DNA of 64,000 nucleotides from Escherichia coli (GTDB lineage: Bacteria > Pseudomonadota > Gammaproteobacteria > Enterobacterales > Enterobacteriaceae): assembly GCF_041886205.1 (NCBI RefSeq), contig NZ_CP169029.1, one strand, 5' to 3'. A model generated the notes under the pieces. That model saw only the letters and a list, made by a program, of their open reading frames with translations. It was not told where the DNA came from and did no database searches. A program made the position numbers and the translations under genes. Every line of letters begins with the position of its first letter. Positions within the stretch are counted from its first letter, which is position 1. Shown here one piece after another: positions 1 to 12,300 of the stretch.

Positions 1-1555
1 CGACCGCCGTCAGCGGAAGTGAATCTACACACTCCACGCGATCCGGTAATTTAAATTCGGCAATACCCTGTTCACGCAGGAAACGACGCACCTGCACCGC
101 GCGCAGCGGCTCTTTTACCACCAGATAAGCGCAGCTTTTTTCGCCCATCAGCTCATCTTCCATGCTCACCAGTGCGGCATAGATCACTGCCGGATGGCGC
201 AGTAACAGGTTTTCGATCTCTTCGGCAGCGATCTTCTCGCCGCCACGGTTAATCTGATCTTTCTCGCGCCCCTGCACGGTGATGTAACCGTCGGGATCAA
301 TAGAGATGAGATCGCCGGAACAGTAAAAACCGTTGGCATCAAAGGCACTGGCATTGTGCTGCGGGCTTTTGTAATAACCCCGAAAGGTATACGGCCCGCG
401 CGTCATCAGGCGTCCGACTTCCCCTTGCGGCAGTGGATTTCCTTCGGCATCGGCAACCCATACTTCGTCATCCGGACACATCGGGTAACCCTGGGTATGG
501 ATAATTTTCTCCGCGCTATCATCAAGACGGGTGTAGTTCACCAGCCCTTCCGCCATGCCAAACACCTGCTGCAATTGGCAGCCAATCTCAGCGGGAATAC
601 GCGTCGCAAGCGTGGCAGAAAGGCGTGCGCCGCCGACCTGTAACAGTTTCAGCGAGGCAAGCTGCGCCTGGCTTTCGCCTTCGGTCAGCGCCTGCAACCA
701 CAGGCTGACTGCCGGCGGCACCAGCGCGGTAACGTTCACCTGATGTTTTGCAATCAATGGGAAGCAAAGCGTGGCGCTGGGATCGGCCGCCAGAACAACC
801 GTTCCTCCGGCAAGAAAGACGCCCAGCGATCCTGGCGAACTCATGGCGTAGTTATGAGCCGCCGGGATCGCGCACAGGTAGCGTGTCTGTTGTGTGAACT
901 GACAAATCTCGACGCTACGACGCACGCTGTAGTAGTAGTCGTTATGAGTGCGCGGGATTAGTTTCGGTGTGCCGGTGGTGCCGCCGGAAAGCTGGAAATA
1001 GGCCACTTCATCAGCAGGTGACGGCGTGGCAGTAAAGTCCTCAGCCGGATGGTTAATCGCATCCTGCAAGTTATGCTCACCGCTGTCGTTGTGCAGTTGC
1101 ACCACGCGAATGGAGGAGTGCTCTGCAACAAATGTATTGAGGAAATCATCTCCGCTAAATAGCGCATGTTGGCGATCGGCAATCAGTAACGCCGGTTTAA
1201 TCTGGCTGGCGTATGCGTTCAGTTCACTACGCTGATGGCTGAACAGCGCCAGCACCGGCGCGACGCCCAGTTTCAGCAGCGCGAAAAAGGTAATGTAAAG
1301 TTCAGCGACGTTACCCAGTTGTACCAGCGCGGTTTCACCGGGTTTAATGCCCTGACGGCGCAAACTACAGGCGAGGTTATCCGCCGCCTGATTCAGCTCC
1401 CGGTAACTCAACTGCCGCTCGCCGTCGATAACCGCGATGCTGTCACTCGCAGCATGTCGTGTCAGAATGTCAGTCAATGGCAAATCCTGCCAGTAGCCTT
1501 TTTCCCGATAGCGACGGGCAAACTCTTCCGGCCAGCGGGTAAATGGAATGCTCAT
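1..1555 (-). CDS. entE: 2,3-dihydroxybenzoate-AMP ligase EntE, 3' end cut by window edge
   Basis: Reverse-strand ATG at 1555 gives [16 protein letters not shown] Shine-Dalgarno just upstream; adenylation-domain sequence; sits directly downstream of entC. Confidence 0.9.
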   Translation of the reverse strand, partial: MSIPFTRWPEEFARRYREKGYWQDLPLTDILTRHAASDSIAVIDGERQLSYRELNQAADNLACSLRRQGIKPGETALVQLGNVAELYITFFALLKLGVAPVLALFSHQRSELNAYASQIKPALLIADRQHALFSGDDFLNTFVAEHSSIRVVQLHNDSGEHNLQDAINHPAEDFTATPSPADEVAYFQLSGGTTGTPKLIPRTHNDYYYSVRRSVEICQFTQQTRYLCAIPAAHNYAMSSPGSLGVFLAGGTVVLAADPSATLCFPLIAKHQVNVTALVPPAVSLWLQALTEGESQAQLASLKLLQVGGARLSATLATRIPAEIGCQLQQVFGMAEGLVNYTRLDDSAEKIIHTQGYPMCPDDEVWVADAEGNPLPQGEVGRLMTRGPYTFRGYYKSPQHNASAFDANGFYCSGDLISIDPDGYITVQGREKDQINRGGEKIAAEEIENLLLRHPAVIYAALVSMEDELMGEKSCAYLVVKEPLRAVQVRRFLREQGIAEFKLPDRVECVDSLPLTAV

Positions 1556-1564
1556 CCTCGCTCC

Positions 1565-2740
1565 TTAATGCAATCCAAAAACGTTCAACATGGTAGAAAG
1601 TTTGACGCCTGTTTCGCGCCACTCACCCAACGGTGACGACGCAGGCACAATCCCCGCTCCGGCAAACAGACGCACCTGATTTTCCCGCAGCTTCGCGCAG
1701 CGGATGGTCACCACCCATTCGCCGTTACCTTCGCTGTCACACCAACCCACGATGCCGCCAAACAGTTCGCGGTCGAACGGCTCCAGTTCAGCAATAATCT
1801 GGGTCGCGGCCTGATGCGGGAAACCGCTCAGCGCGGGGGTCGGATGCAGCAGACAGGCCAGAGTCAGTGCGTTTTCTTGCGAATTCGCTTTACCTTCAAA
1901 GGGAGTTGCGAGATGCCACAGCGTCGGCGTGGTAATCAATTGTGGAGAGGAGGGAACGTGTAACTCACTACTGCGTTCGCGCAGTACCTCTTTCATCGCC
2001 TGAGTCACCAGTTCATGTTCATGGCGATCTTTTTCTGACGCCAGCAGACGATTACCCGCTTCGCGATCGAGCACTTCATCCGGCTGACGACGCGCGGAAC
2101 CGGCTAACGGAATGGAGCTAAAACGCTCGCCGTCTTTACGTAGCAGCAGTTCCGGGCTGGCCCCCAGCAGCACTCCACCATCAGCCAGCGGGACATGGAA
2201 GTTGTAACTAACCGGGTTTTGCGCAATCAACCGTTCCAGCAATACGCCACTATCAATGGCGGCGTCAGTGGTGATATCAATCAACCGTGACAACACCACT
2301 TTGTCGACCTGCGGCGTGGCGGTAAGTGCGGCAGCGCGAGCAACCATCTGTTCAAACGTGGTTTTTTGCGGAATTGCCTGGCGTTCCACCACGTTCAGCG
2401 ACTGGCTGCGGGTGAAACGGCGGGCGGAAGCTTGTTTTTCCTGACGGGAGAACGACTGCCAGGATTCAGGAATATACAGCGACGAAGGCTGACGTGGATC
2501 GAAGGGAATCGCCCCGACCATCACCGGATTTTTGATACCCTGCGCTTTGGCATCGGCAAACAGCGCGGCGAGTTTTTGCTGGAAGGGACTGTCGGGCGAA
2601 TCCCCGTTCACAGCCGGTTCATCGAAGCGGGCGAAACATCCTGACGTCGTAAAACTGCGGTACGGCGACATAAAGAAAAAGCGATTGGGCGCAAGTGTTG
2701 CCATGGTCTGCTGTACTTCCTCAGCCAGTGACGTATCCAT
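1565..2740 (-). CDS. entC: isochorismate synthase EntC
   Basis: ORF translation [23 protein letters not shown]...; ATG at 2740 preceded by GGAGGA; the track ORF begins at an upstream GTG (2752). Confidence 0.93.
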   Translation of the reverse strand: MDTSLAEEVQQTMATLAPNRFFFMSPYRSFTTSGCFARFDEPAVNGDSPDSPFQQKLAALFADAKAQGIKNPVMVGAIPFDPRQPSSLYIPESWQSFSRQEKQASARRFTRSQSLNVVERQAIPQKTTFEQMVARAAALTATPQVDKVVLSRLIDITTDAAIDSGVLLERLIAQNPVSYNFHVPLADGGVLLGASPELLLRKDGERFSSIPLAGSARRQPDEVLDREAGNRLLASEKDRHEHELVTQAMKEVLRERSSELHVPSSPQLITTPTLWHLATPFEGKANSQENALTLACLLHPTPALSGFPHQAATQIIAELEPFDRELFGGIVGWCDSEGNGEWVVTIRCAKLRENQVRLFAGAGIVPASSPLGEWRETGVKLSTMLNVFGLH

Positions 2741-2770
2741 ATCATCCTCCACAAAATGATAAAGGCTTTA

Positions 2771-2788
2771 ATAATGATTATCATTTAT
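2771..2788. promoter_or_regulatory. Fur box in the entC/fepB divergent promoter region
   Basis: ataatgattatcatttat, close to the GATAATGATAATCATTATC Fur consensus, in the 176 bp entC-fepB intergenic region. Confidence 0.8.
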
Positions 2789-2928
2789 ATTTTCGGTCGC
2801 TAACCTAAAAGCAAACGCGCACTATGTCAACTCTTGAGGTAACGCAATCTGCAACTCGGGGTTGCATCTGGTTGTGGTTACAATGAAAATGAGAAGCATT
2901 AACTTCATTAATAACAGGAAGCTGATTT

Positions 2929-3885
2929 GTGAGACTCGCCCCGCTCTACCGCAACGCCCTTCTATTAACAGGACTTTTGCTTTCAGGAATATCCGCAGTT
3001 CAGGCCGCCGACTGGCCGCGTCAGATTACTGACAGCCGTGGCACTCATACCCTGGAAAGCCAGCCGCAGCGTATTGTTTCCACCAGCGTCACCCTGACCG
3101 GCTCACTGCTGGCGATTGATGCTCCGGTGATCGCCAGCGGCGCGACCACGCCAAATAACCGCGTCGCGGATAACCAGGGCTTTTTACGCCAGTGGAGCAA
3201 GGTGGCGAAAGAACGCAAACTGCAACGGCTCTATATCGGCGAACCGAGCGCCGAAGCCGTTGCCGCGCAAATGCCGGATCTGATTTTAATTAGCGCAACC
3301 GGCGGGGATTCGGCGCTGGCACTGTATGATCAGCTTTCCACCATCGCCCCGACATTAATCATCAATTACGACGACAAAAGCTGGCAGGCGCTGTTAACGC
3401 AACTTGGCGAAATTACCGGGCATGAGAAACAAGCGGCAGAGCGGATTGCACAGTTTGATAAGCAACTGGCAGCGGCGAAAGAGCAAATCAAATTACCGCC
3501 GCAGCCGGTCACTGCCATTGTCTATACCGCCGCTGCACACAGTGCCAATCTCTGGACGCCGGAATCAGCACAAGGGCAGATGCTGGAACAACTCGGCTTT
3601 ACGCTGGCGAAGTTGCCCGCAGGGTTAAATGCCAGCCAAAGCCAGGGTAAACGCCATGACATCATTCAGCTTGGTGGGGAAAATCTGGCTGCGGGGTTAA
3701 ATGGCGAGTCACTATTCCTGTTCGCCGGTGATCAGAAAGATGCCGATGCTATTTATGCTAATCCGCTGCTCGCGCACCTGCCTGCAGTACAAAACAAGCA
3801 GGTTTATGCGCTGGGAACCGAGACGTTCCGACTGGATTACTACAGCGCCATGCAAGTGCTGGAACGACTTAAGGCGCTGTTTTAA
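2929..3885 (+). CDS. fepB: ferric enterobactin periplasmic binding protein FepB
   Basis: 318 aa [23 protein letters not shown] with signal peptide; GTG start. Confidence 0.92.
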   Translation: MRLAPLYRNALLLTGLLLSGISAVQAADWPRQITDSRGTHTLESQPQRIVSTSVTLTGSLLAIDAPVIASGATTPNNRVADNQGFLRQWSKVAKERKLQRLYIGEPSAEAVAAQMPDLILISATGGDSALALYDQLSTIAPTLIINYDDKSWQALLTQLGEITGHEKQAAERIAQFDKQLAAAKEQIKLPPQPVTAIVYTAAAHSANLWTPESAQGQMLEQLGFTLAKLPAGLNASQSQGKRHDIIQLGGENLAAGLNGESLFLFAGDQKDADAIYANPLLAHLPAVQNKQVYALGTETFRLDYYSAMQVLERLKALF

Positions 3886-3888
3886 GCA

Positions 3889-5139
3889 TTAACTGTCGGA
3901 CGCTGTCACCTGCGGCGGCGTCTGGCGAAAACGTCGCAACTCCACCAGCACCAGCAACAACAACACGCCGATAATCAACAAACCAAAACCGCTCGCGCTT
4001 GCAGAAGCAACCGGTGTCATCATCGCTCCCAGACCGCCTAACAGCGCCGCACCTATGGCATCGCCCGTCACGTTTTGCGCCGTCCACAAACCGTTAATCC
4101 GCCCTAACATCGCTTCCGGGGTTTGCGTTTGCAGCATTGTGTATTGCAGCAACGAGCTGACCGCACTCAACCAGCCGAACAGCGCCAGACAAACCACGCC
4201 TAAAATCCACATCGGCATCAGGCCAAACAGACCAATGGCGAGGAACGATCCCAGCGTGGAGAGCAGCATCAATAACCCTGGTCGCGCGCTATGTGCCAGC
4301 TTCCCGCTGGTTAACGCGCCAATAGCCGCACCGAGCGGGATCGCCGCATAGAGAAAACCAATCTGTGCCGCCGACATCTGCCAGTTGTCAGCCAGCGCCG
4401 GATACAGTACCCGCACCGCGCTCGCCATCGTCAATAAACCACCCAGCAACGCAATCCCTCCTACCAGCGGGCTGGCGAGCAGAAAACGAAATCCTGCCAG
4501 TAATGATTTCAACGGATGCTCGCGCGGCTGCGGTGGCGGTGGCAACGCCGGAAGGCTTAACAACGGTAGCAAGGTAATAAACGTGCCCGCCGCCGCCAGC
4601 CCGTAGTTCCAGGCTACGCCGCCGGTCGCCAGCAATAAACCGCCAATCATGGGCGAAATCACCGACCCCAGACGCACAGTCAACATGGTGATCGCCCCGG
4701 CCTGCATTAAGTTTTCACGCCCTACCAGTGCAGGTGTCGCCGCCAGTAGCGCCGTAACGCCAAGTGATGCGAAAAAACCATCCCATAAACCAAGTAAATA
4801 GATTGCCAGCAATGACGGTTCAGGCAGAAGTGCATTAAGGCACAGTCCAATGAAGCCAATGCCACAGGTGCCGCGCGCCAGCAAAATCACTTTTTTGCGT
4901 TCATAGCGATCCGCCAGCACACCGCCGACCATCAGGCCAACAAACATCGCGCCGCCGGTCAGCGTCACCGAAAGCCCCACCTGCCAGGTGGAATGTGTCA
5001 TCATCTGGATCTGCACTGGCACCGCGACGCCGAGCAAACCCAGAGAAACAATAGAGATGAAACGAGCGAGGAATACTGCGCGAAACGCCGGGTGCGTTTT
5101 CAACAGGCTGAGGTTAAGCAGCCAGGATTGTTTATTCAT
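3889..5139 (-). CDS. entS: enterobactin exporter EntS (MFS)
   Basis: 416 aa ORF, multi-pass hydrophobic, [27 protein letters not shown]. Confidence 0.92.
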
Positions 5140-5212
5140 TACAATGCCTTGCCATCAAATATTTTAAATACCTATTCTTAGGCTGCACATGCTAACATAT
5201 CCAAATAAGATC

Positions 5213-5237
5213 GATAACGATAATTAATTTCATTATC
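5213..5237. promoter_or_regulatory. Fur box(es) in the entS/fepD divergent promoter
   Basis: gataacgataattaatttcattatc, overlapping Fur-like hexamer repeats between divergent entS and fepD. Confidence 0.75.
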
Positions 5238-5249
5238 ATGGAAGTTCGT

Positions 5250-6254
5250 ATGTCTGGTTCTGTTGCCGTGACACGCGCCATTGCCGTGCCCGGATTGCTG
5301 TTATTACTGATTATCGCGACGGCATTAAGTCTGCTCATTGGGGCAAAATCACTCCCCGCTTCCGTAGTGCTGGAGGCGCTCTCCGGCACCTGCCAGAGCG
5401 CCGACTGCACCATCGTGCTTGACGCGCGACTGCCGCGCACCCTTGCCGGTTTACTGGCAGGCGGCGCGCTTGGGCTTGCCGGAGCGTTAATGCAAACCCT
5501 CACCCGAAACCCACTTGCCGACCCCGGCTTGCTTGGCGTGAACGCCGGAGCCAGCTTTGCCATTGTGCTGGGTGCGGCGCTGTTTGGTTACTCTTCCGCA
5601 CAGGAACAACTGGCGATGGCCTTCGCCGGGGCGCTGGTGGCCTCGTTGATTGTTGCCTTTACCGGCAGCCAGGGCGGCGGGCAGTTAAGTCCGGTGCGTT
5701 TAACCCTGGCGGGCGTGGCGCTGGCGGCGGTGCTGGAAGGGCTGACCAGCGGCATCGCCCTGCTTAATCCTGACGTCTACGATCAACTGCGTTTCTGGCA
5801 AGCCGGTTCGCTGGATATTCGCAATCTACATACCTTAACAGTGGTGCTGATCCCGGTGCTGATCGCCGGAGCAACTGCGCTATTACTGAGTCGCGCGCTG
5901 AACAGTTTGAGCCTCGGCAGTGACACCGCGACGGCGCTGGGCAGTCGCGTGGCGCGCACACAGTTGATTGGTCTGCTGGCGATTACCGTGCTTTGTGGTA
6001 GTGCGACGGCGGTAGTTGGCCCGATTGCCTTTATTGGCCTGATGATGCCGCATATGGCTCGCTGGCTGGTGGGTGCCGATCATCGCTGGTCGCTGCCCGT
6101 CACGCTACTCGCCACCCCTGCCCTGCTGCTGTTTGCCGATATCATCGGGCGGGTGATTGTGCCCGGCGAGTTGCGCGTTTCTGTGGTCAGTGCGTTTATT
6201 GGTGCACCGGTGCTGATTTTCCTCGTGCGACGTAAAACGCGAGGTGGTGCATGA
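5250..6254 (+). CDS. fepD: ferric enterobactin ABC permease FepD
   Basis: ORF MSGSVAVTRAIAVPGLLLLL...; chose the ATG at 5250 (334 aa) over the upstream ATG at 5238. Confidence 0.9.
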   Translation: MSGSVAVTRAIAVPGLLLLLIIATALSLLIGAKSLPASVVLEALSGTCQSADCTIVLDARLPRTLAGLLAGGALGLAGALMQTLTRNPLADPGLLGVNAGASFAIVLGAALFGYSSAQEQLAMAFAGALVASLIVAFTGSQGGGQLSPVRLTLAGVALAAVLEGLTSGIALLNPDVYDQLRFWQAGSLDIRNLHTLTVVLIPVLIAGATALLLSRALNSLSLGSDTATALGSRVARTQLIGLLAITVLCGSATAVVGPIAFIGLMMPHMARWLVGADHRWSLPVTLLATPALLLFADIIGRVIVPGELRVSVVSAFIGAPVLIFLVRRKTRGGA

Positions 6255-7243
6255 TTTACGTCTCTCGCCGATTACTCATCACCTGTTTGCTGCTGATTTC
6301 CGCCTGTGTGGTTGCAGGTATCTGGGGATTACGCAGCGGTGCCGTCACGCTGGAAACCTCGCAGGTATTCGCCGCGCTGATGGGCGATGCGCCGCGCAGT
6401 ATGACGATGGTGGTCACCGAATGGCGTTTACCACGCGTGCTGATGGCGCTGCTGATTGGCGCGGCGCTGGGCGTCAGCGGCGCGATTTTTCAGTCGCTGA
6501 TGCGTAACCCGCTCGGCAGCCCTGACGTAATGGGCTTTAACACCGGGGCGTGGAGCGGCGTGCTGGTGGCGATGGTGCTGTTTGGTCAGGATCTGACGGC
6601 TATCGCGCTGGCAGCAATGGCGGGCGGCATTGTCACCTCGCTGTTGGTCTGGCTGCTCGCCTGGCGTAACGGCATCGACACCTTTCGGTTGATTATTATC
6701 GGCATCGGCGTTCGCGCCATGCTGGTGGCCTTTAATACCTGGCTGTTGCTGAAAGCGTCTTTAGAAACGGCGCTAACAGCGGGTTTGTGGAATGCCGGAT
6801 CGCTCAACGGCCTGACGTGGGCAAAAACCTCGCCTTCCGCACCCATCATTATATTGATGCTCATTGCCGCCGCCTTGCTGGTACGCCGGATGCGCTTGCT
6901 GGAAATGGGCGATGATACCGCGTGTGCGCTGGGCGTCAGCGTCGAACGTTCGCGTCTGTTAATGATGCTGGTTGCAGTGGTGCTTACCGCTGCGGCAACA
7001 GCGCTTGCCGGGCCGATTTCCTTTATTGCTTTAGTCGCGCCGCACATTGCCCGACGCATTAGCGGCACCGCTCGCTGGGGGCTGACCCAGGCGGCGCTGT
7101 GCGGGGCGCTGTTACTGCTGGCGGCCGATCTCTGCGCCCAACAACTGTTTATGCCGTATCAACTTCCGGTTGGCGTCGTTACCGTCAGCCTCGGCGGTAT
7201 TTACCTTATCGTCTTGTTAATTCAGGAGTCTCGCAAAAAATGA
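6251..7243 (+). CDS. fepG: ferric enterobactin ABC permease FepG
   Basis: 330 aa ORF MIYVSRRLLITCLLLISACVVAG; start overlaps the fepD stop. Confidence 0.92.
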   Translation: MIYVSRRLLITCLLLISACVVAGIWGLRSGAVTLETSQVFAALMGDAPRSMTMVVTEWRLPRVLMALLIGAALGVSGAIFQSLMRNPLGSPDVMGFNTGAWSGVLVAMVLFGQDLTAIALAAMAGGIVTSLLVWLLAWRNGIDTFRLIIIGIGVRAMLVAFNTWLLLKASLETALTAGLWNAGSLNGLTWAKTSPSAPIIILMLIAAALLVRRMRLLEMGDDTACALGVSVERSRLLMMLVAVVLTAAATALAGPISFIALVAPHIARRISGTARWGLTQAALCGALLLLAADLCAQQLFMPYQLPVGVVTVSLGGIYLIVLLIQESRKK

Positions 7244-8055
7244 CCGAATCAGTAGCCCGTTTGCGCGGCGAACAGTTAACCCTCGGATATGGCAAATATA
7301 CCGTTGCGGAGAATCTGACTGTAGAAATACCTGATGGTCACTTCACAGCAATTATCGGGCCAAATGGCTGCGGTAAATCCACTTTACTGCGTACTTTAAG
7401 CCGCCTGATGACGCCTGCTCACGGGCATGTCTGGCTGGATGGCGAGCACATTCAACATTACGCCAGTAAAGAGGTCGCTCGCCGGATTGGTCTGTTGGCG
7501 CAAAATGCTACCACGCCGGGCGATATCACCGTGCAGGAACTGGTGGCGCGTGGGCGTTATCCGCATCAACCGCTGTTTACCCGCTGGCGCAAAGAGGATG
7601 AAGAAGCGGTAACGAAAGCGATGCAGGCCACGGGAATAACTCATCTGGCAGATCAAAGCGTGGATACCCTTTCCGGTGGGCAACGCCAGCGAGCGTGGAT
7701 CGCGATGGTGCTGGCCCAGGAAACGGCAATTATGCTGCTCGACGAACCCACGACCTGGCTGGATATCAGTCATCAGATTGATCTACTGGAACTGTTAAGC
7801 GAACTGAACCGCGAGAAAGGCTATACCCTGGCGGCTGTGTTGCACGATCTTAATCAGGCCTGTCGTTACGCCAGCCATTTGATTGCGTTGCGGGAAGGGA
7901 AAATTGTTGCTCAGGGAGCGCCGAAGGAAATTGTCACTGCCGAACTGATCGAGCGCATTTATGGTCTGCGCTGCATGATTATTGACGATCCGGTTGCCGG
8001 AACGCCGCTCGTGGTGCCGCTCGGACGAACGGCACCTTCAACCGCAAAGATTTAA
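7240..8055 (+). CDS. fepC: ferric enterobactin ABC ATPase FepC
   Basis: MTESVARLRGEQLTLGYGKY with Walker A GPNGCGKST; ATG at 7240 overlaps the fepG stop; the longer track ORF (7099) is an in-frame read-through of fepG. Confidence 0.92.
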   Translation: MTESVARLRGEQLTLGYGKYTVAENLTVEIPDGHFTAIIGPNGCGKSTLLRTLSRLMTPAHGHVWLDGEHIQHYASKEVARRIGLLAQNATTPGDITVQELVARGRYPHQPLFTRWRKEDEEAVTKAMQATGITHLADQSVDTLSGGQRQRAWIAMVLAQETAIMLLDEPTTWLDISHQIDLLELLSELNREKGYTLAAVLHDLNQACRYASHLIALREGKIVAQGAPKEIVTAELIERIYGLRCMIIDDPVAGTPLVVPLGRTAPSTAKI

Positions 8056-9185
8056 ACTAAGTGGTCTGCCATCATGGCATCCTGTTTTCTGGATGCCATC
8101 GCATGGCGCAACAGCACGCCACCACAAGCCACCATCCCGCCGATCAACGCGGAAAGGATTACAATAATCGCCTTACCCGGACCGTCTTTTTTCACTGGCA
8201 ATGACGGGCTTAACTGATATTTAAACGGCGTAAAGTTCACATCGTTGACATTTGCTTTTGTTAATTGCTCGACAAGATACTGCCGATTACGTAATTCACC
8301 ATTCAGTTCCGCAACGTCAGTGACCGCTTTTTCAATTTCCAGTTTGCGTTCAATACCGTCTGCGCCGAGAGAAATAGAGAATTCGGGGTCATCTTTAACG
8401 GCCTGACCATTGCTATAAACGGGCTTTTTAATTCCTGCCGCGTTGGCAATGTCGAGTGAATAATTGAGGCGCTGAATGTTTGCATCAAGTTGGTTTTTCG
8501 TTTTAATGCGATCCTGGGCCAGTTTTTCTTTTTCAAACTGGGTTTTGATTTCCAGTTTATTACGGACGTTTTCTAGCGACTCTTTCACCACCAACGCAGA
8601 GATATAATCGATATACCCGCTCAAAACGGTCTGCGCCTCTTCACTGGTTGGCGCGGTAAAACTTAGCGTCCAGGAGGTATACAGTGACGGTTCATCTTTT
8701 TTCTTACTGGCATTGTCATCAACCGCTTTCATTTTTTCGCTCAATGCGACAATTGCGCGATGCAAATCCAGTTCGTCGATTTTCGCCTCTTTTAATTGGT
8801 CCATCACATAAGGTGATGAACGCAGGTACTCTTCCAGCAAGCTAACAGACTGAAACTTCTTGATAAAAAGGTTAAATGCACCGCCACGGTCGATATTAAC
8901 ATCGAGATCAAGAACGCGGAGTTTGGTAAAGGTTTTCTCCAGGTCCTGCCACTGAATGGCTTCGGCGGGAGTAATGACGGCTGAGCTGGTCCATTTTTGC
9001 GGCAGGATGAAAGAGATCAGTAAACCTGCGCAGGCAAATGCAAAAACGACCGCCATGATCGTTTTTTTTGCCCGCCATAAAACGTCGATTAGATTAAGTA
9101 AATCAATTTCATTACTACTGGGCGACGCCAGAGGATACTCGGGAAAATGAGCGTCACTTCCCTGTTTAATATTCAGTGATGACAT
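8052..9185 (-). CDS. fepE: Wzz-family polysaccharide co-polymerase FepE (O-antigen very-long-chain length regulator)
   Basis: ORF containing MSSLNIKQGSDAHFP...; 377 aa from the ATG at 9185; two transmembrane ends with a coiled-coil periplasmic region. Confidence 0.88.
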   Translation of the reverse strand: MSSLNIKQGSDAHFPEYPLASPSSNEIDLLNLIDVLWRAKKTIMAVVFAFACAGLLISFILPQKWTSSAVITPAEAIQWQDLEKTFTKLRVLDLDVNIDRGGAFNLFIKKFQSVSLLEEYLRSSPYVMDQLKEAKIDELDLHRAIVALSEKMKAVDDNASKKKDEPSLYTSWTLSFTAPTSEEAQTVLSGYIDYISALVVKESLENVRNKLEIKTQFEKEKLAQDRIKTKNQLDANIQRLNYSLDIANAAGIKKPVYSNGQAVKDDPEFSISLGADGIERKLEIEKAVTDVAELNGELRNRQYLVEQLTKANVNDVNFTPFKYQLSPSLPVKKDGPGKAIIVILSALIGGMVACGGVLLRHAMASRKQDAMMADHLV

Positions 9186-9350
9186 GGGTATAACCTGAAA
9201 ATGAGTCCAATAGGGGGAAATCTCCACGGCGCTCACTTTACCAGTTGGTGAGAATTATCCGAAGCTGAAGTTTGTAAATTCCTTCCACTGAATGCAACAT
9301 TCACTCTATTTAAGAGAAATGACCAACAAACATATAAATTAAATAAATGA

Positions 9351-9385
9351 TTAACCCATAATTATTTCCTGTAATTATGGGTTAA
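9351..9385 (-). terminator. perfect 14 bp inverted repeat with 7 nt loop immediately downstream of entF; candidate intrinsic terminator/attenuator
   Basis: ttaacccataatta-tttcctg-taattatgggttaa; on the minus strand it is followed by UCAUUUAUUU. Confidence 0.4.
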
Positions 9386-9399
9386 TAGATAATATTAAT

Positions 9400-12300
9400 T
9401 TACCTGTTTAGCGTTGCGCGAATAATCGGCCCAATTTTTTCAAACGCCCCTGGAGAGATAATATCCACATGCGCACAATCTGTACGATAAATATCCAGCC
9501 CGGCTATCCACGGCGACCAGGCGCGTTCGGGACTCATACCTTCCTGAAGCGTGCGTTCAGCAACAAACAGCGTCGCTTTACCGTCAAACGGTACGCTATG
9601 AGCAGTCGTCAGCAGGCGCACAGCATCAGCGTAGTTGCCTTCAATGGTGGTAAACAACTCCGTTGAAGTACTTCCCTGCTGTGCCGCCAGGAAGGCCTCG
9701 CGTTCGCGGTTAATCTCCGCCAGCACTTCCGGGTCCAGGCCATTAGCCTCTTTTTCCTGCCAGTTTTGCGTTTCTGGCGGCCAGGTATCCAGCAAGCCAA
9801 GAAATGCCACCTGTTCGCCACGGGCACGCAGTCGCGCCGCAATACCCTGCGCCAGCGTACCGCCCAGCGAATAACCCAGCAGGTAATAAGGGCCGTGCGG
9901 TTGATGCTCAAGTAACGTTGCCAGATGCGCTTCGCAGACTTCATCCAGATTTGCCGCCGTCTGCATGGGGCCATTGGGGCGCGGTGACTGAATGCCGATA
10001 ATCGACCATTGTGGATCGAGATAACGCGAGAGCACGCTGAACTGCCAGGCAAAACCGGACGCAGGATGGAAACAAAACAGCGTCGGGCCATTACCTTCAC
10101 GCAACGGCAGAATGGTTTCGAATCCCATGCGCCGGGAGCTGTCTTCTTCAGCATCAATAATCGTTGCCAGTTTGGCGACGGTTGATGCGACCATCACCTG
10201 CCCCGGCGTCACCTGACGAGCAAACTGTCGACTTAACTGCGCTGCCAGTTTCATTGCCAGTAGCGAATGACCACCAAGCGCGAAGAAATCAGCATCGGCA
10301 TCCTGCACGTCACAACCCAGTAACGACGAGAATGCCGCGGCGATAATCGTTTCACTGCCCGCTTTCGGCGCACGCCTTGGCGCTTGTGCCTTCAGTTCAG
10401 GCAACGGCAAGGCTTTGCGATCCAGCTTGCCGTTGGCGCTAAGAGGTAACTGTGGAAGTTGCAGCAGAACCACTGGCACCATATGTGGTGGCAATGTTTC
10501 ACGAAGCTGCGCCTGCAATGCGCTGGTATCCAACGGCAGGCCCGATTGCGACACCAGATAGCCCACCAATTGACGCGCATCACCACCGGTGGCAGCCGCC
10601 TGGTTAATCACACAGGCGTGGGTAACGGCTTGTTCGACATCCGGCAGCGCCTGCATCACGCGATCGATTTCGCCCAGTTCAATACGCTGCCCGCGAATTT
10701 TTAGCTGATCGTCACTGCGCCCGAGGTACTCCACCGCGCCGTTATCCAGCCAGCGGGCAACGTCTCCGGTACGGTACATCCGTTCACCAGGAGCAAAAGG
10801 ATCGGCAATAAAGCGGCTGGCGGTCAGATCGGGTCGTCCAAGATACCCCTGCGCCAGTTGAATACCGGTGAGATAGAGATCTCCCGCCACACCCGGCGGC
10901 ACCGGATGCATCATCGCATCAAGAATACGCAGGCCCGTGTTCCACACCGGATAACCAATCGGCACACTGCTGCCGCGCACCTGTGCCAGTTCCTCGCCAA
11001 AAGCCGGATACCAGCTGACATCTACCGCCGCTTCCGTCGGGCCATATAGATTATGCAACGGCGCGCCAGTTAACTGTTGCCATTCGCGGCATAAATCAGC
11101 CGGTAAGGCCTCACCACTACAGAAAACCTGTTTCAACGTCGCGCAACTCTGGCGAGCGGTTTGCGGCGTCAGCGAGGCAACAAATGCCGCCAGCATCGAC
11201 GGCACAAAGTGCGTGGTCGTTACGCCATATTCGGCAAAGAATTGCTGCATAGCGAGCGGGTCGCGGTGCGCTTCCGGTTCAGCCATCACCAGTTTTGCCC
11301 CTGCGATAAACGGCCAGAAAAACTCCCACACCGAGACATCAAAACTGCACGGCGTTTTTTGGGCAACGACATCTTCGCCTGTAAGCGGGTAGTGATTTTG
11401 CATCCATAACAGGCGGTTAACGATAGCCGTCTGCCCGACCATTACCCCTTTCGGCCTGCCGGTGGAGCCAGAGGTAAAGATGATATAAGCCGTGTGGTGC
11501 GGTTGTGAAAGTTGCAGCGGCGCACTGCCCTGGGGGGTAAGCGGGGCGTTATAGCAAAGGCTTGTTAAATTGGGAACATCGCTAAAGCGCGGCAGTTGAT
11601 CGTCGGTGGTAATTAACAGCGACGGACGCGCATCTTCCAGCATCATTTTCAGGCGATCGTCCGGATAGCCGGTATCCAGCGGTAGCCAGGCCGCGCCAGC
11701 TTCAACTATTGCATGGAGTGCCAGGGTCAAAAAGACCGAGCGCGGTAGTGCCACCGCCACGCTGTCCCCTGGTTTAACGCCGCGCTCACGCAGCAGATTC
11801 GCCAGCGCCACCACCTGCTCGCGCATTTCCCGATAGCTGAACAGGTAACGCGCATCTGCCAGCGCCGGAGCATCCGGTGTTTTTGCCGCTTGTTCTGCCA
11901 CCAGCGCGCTCAGCGTGGTTTCTGGAATCTCAACCTGAGTGGCGTTGATCTGCGCCAGCTGCGCATACTCACCTGGCAGCATAATATCGACATCGCCGCA
12001 CAACAGCGCCGGATCCGCGGCGAACTGGGCAATCAGCATTTTCAGGCGTTCAGCATGCTGGATTAACGTTGGCTCATCGTAACGCTGTTTATTGGCGAGG
12101 ATCTCAATACTCAAATCACCGTGTTCATCCGGGAACAGGGCCAGTTCAAGGTCATTAACCGGACCGGTTGCCAGGGTATGGGTTTGCGCCTGAACACCAG
12201 GAATATCCAGTTGGTAATCAAATACCTTAATATTGAGTACCGGACCAAACAGCGGTTCATCACCTGCCGCTCGCCCGCTGTCACGGACAATTTGTTCGGC

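Noticed and set aside
9609-10157. 182 aa ORF in an alternative frame inside entF
   Set aside because: Entirely embedded in a well-supported 1293 aa NRPS gene; arginine/cysteine-rich, low-complexity translation typical of an out-of-frame GC-rich read.
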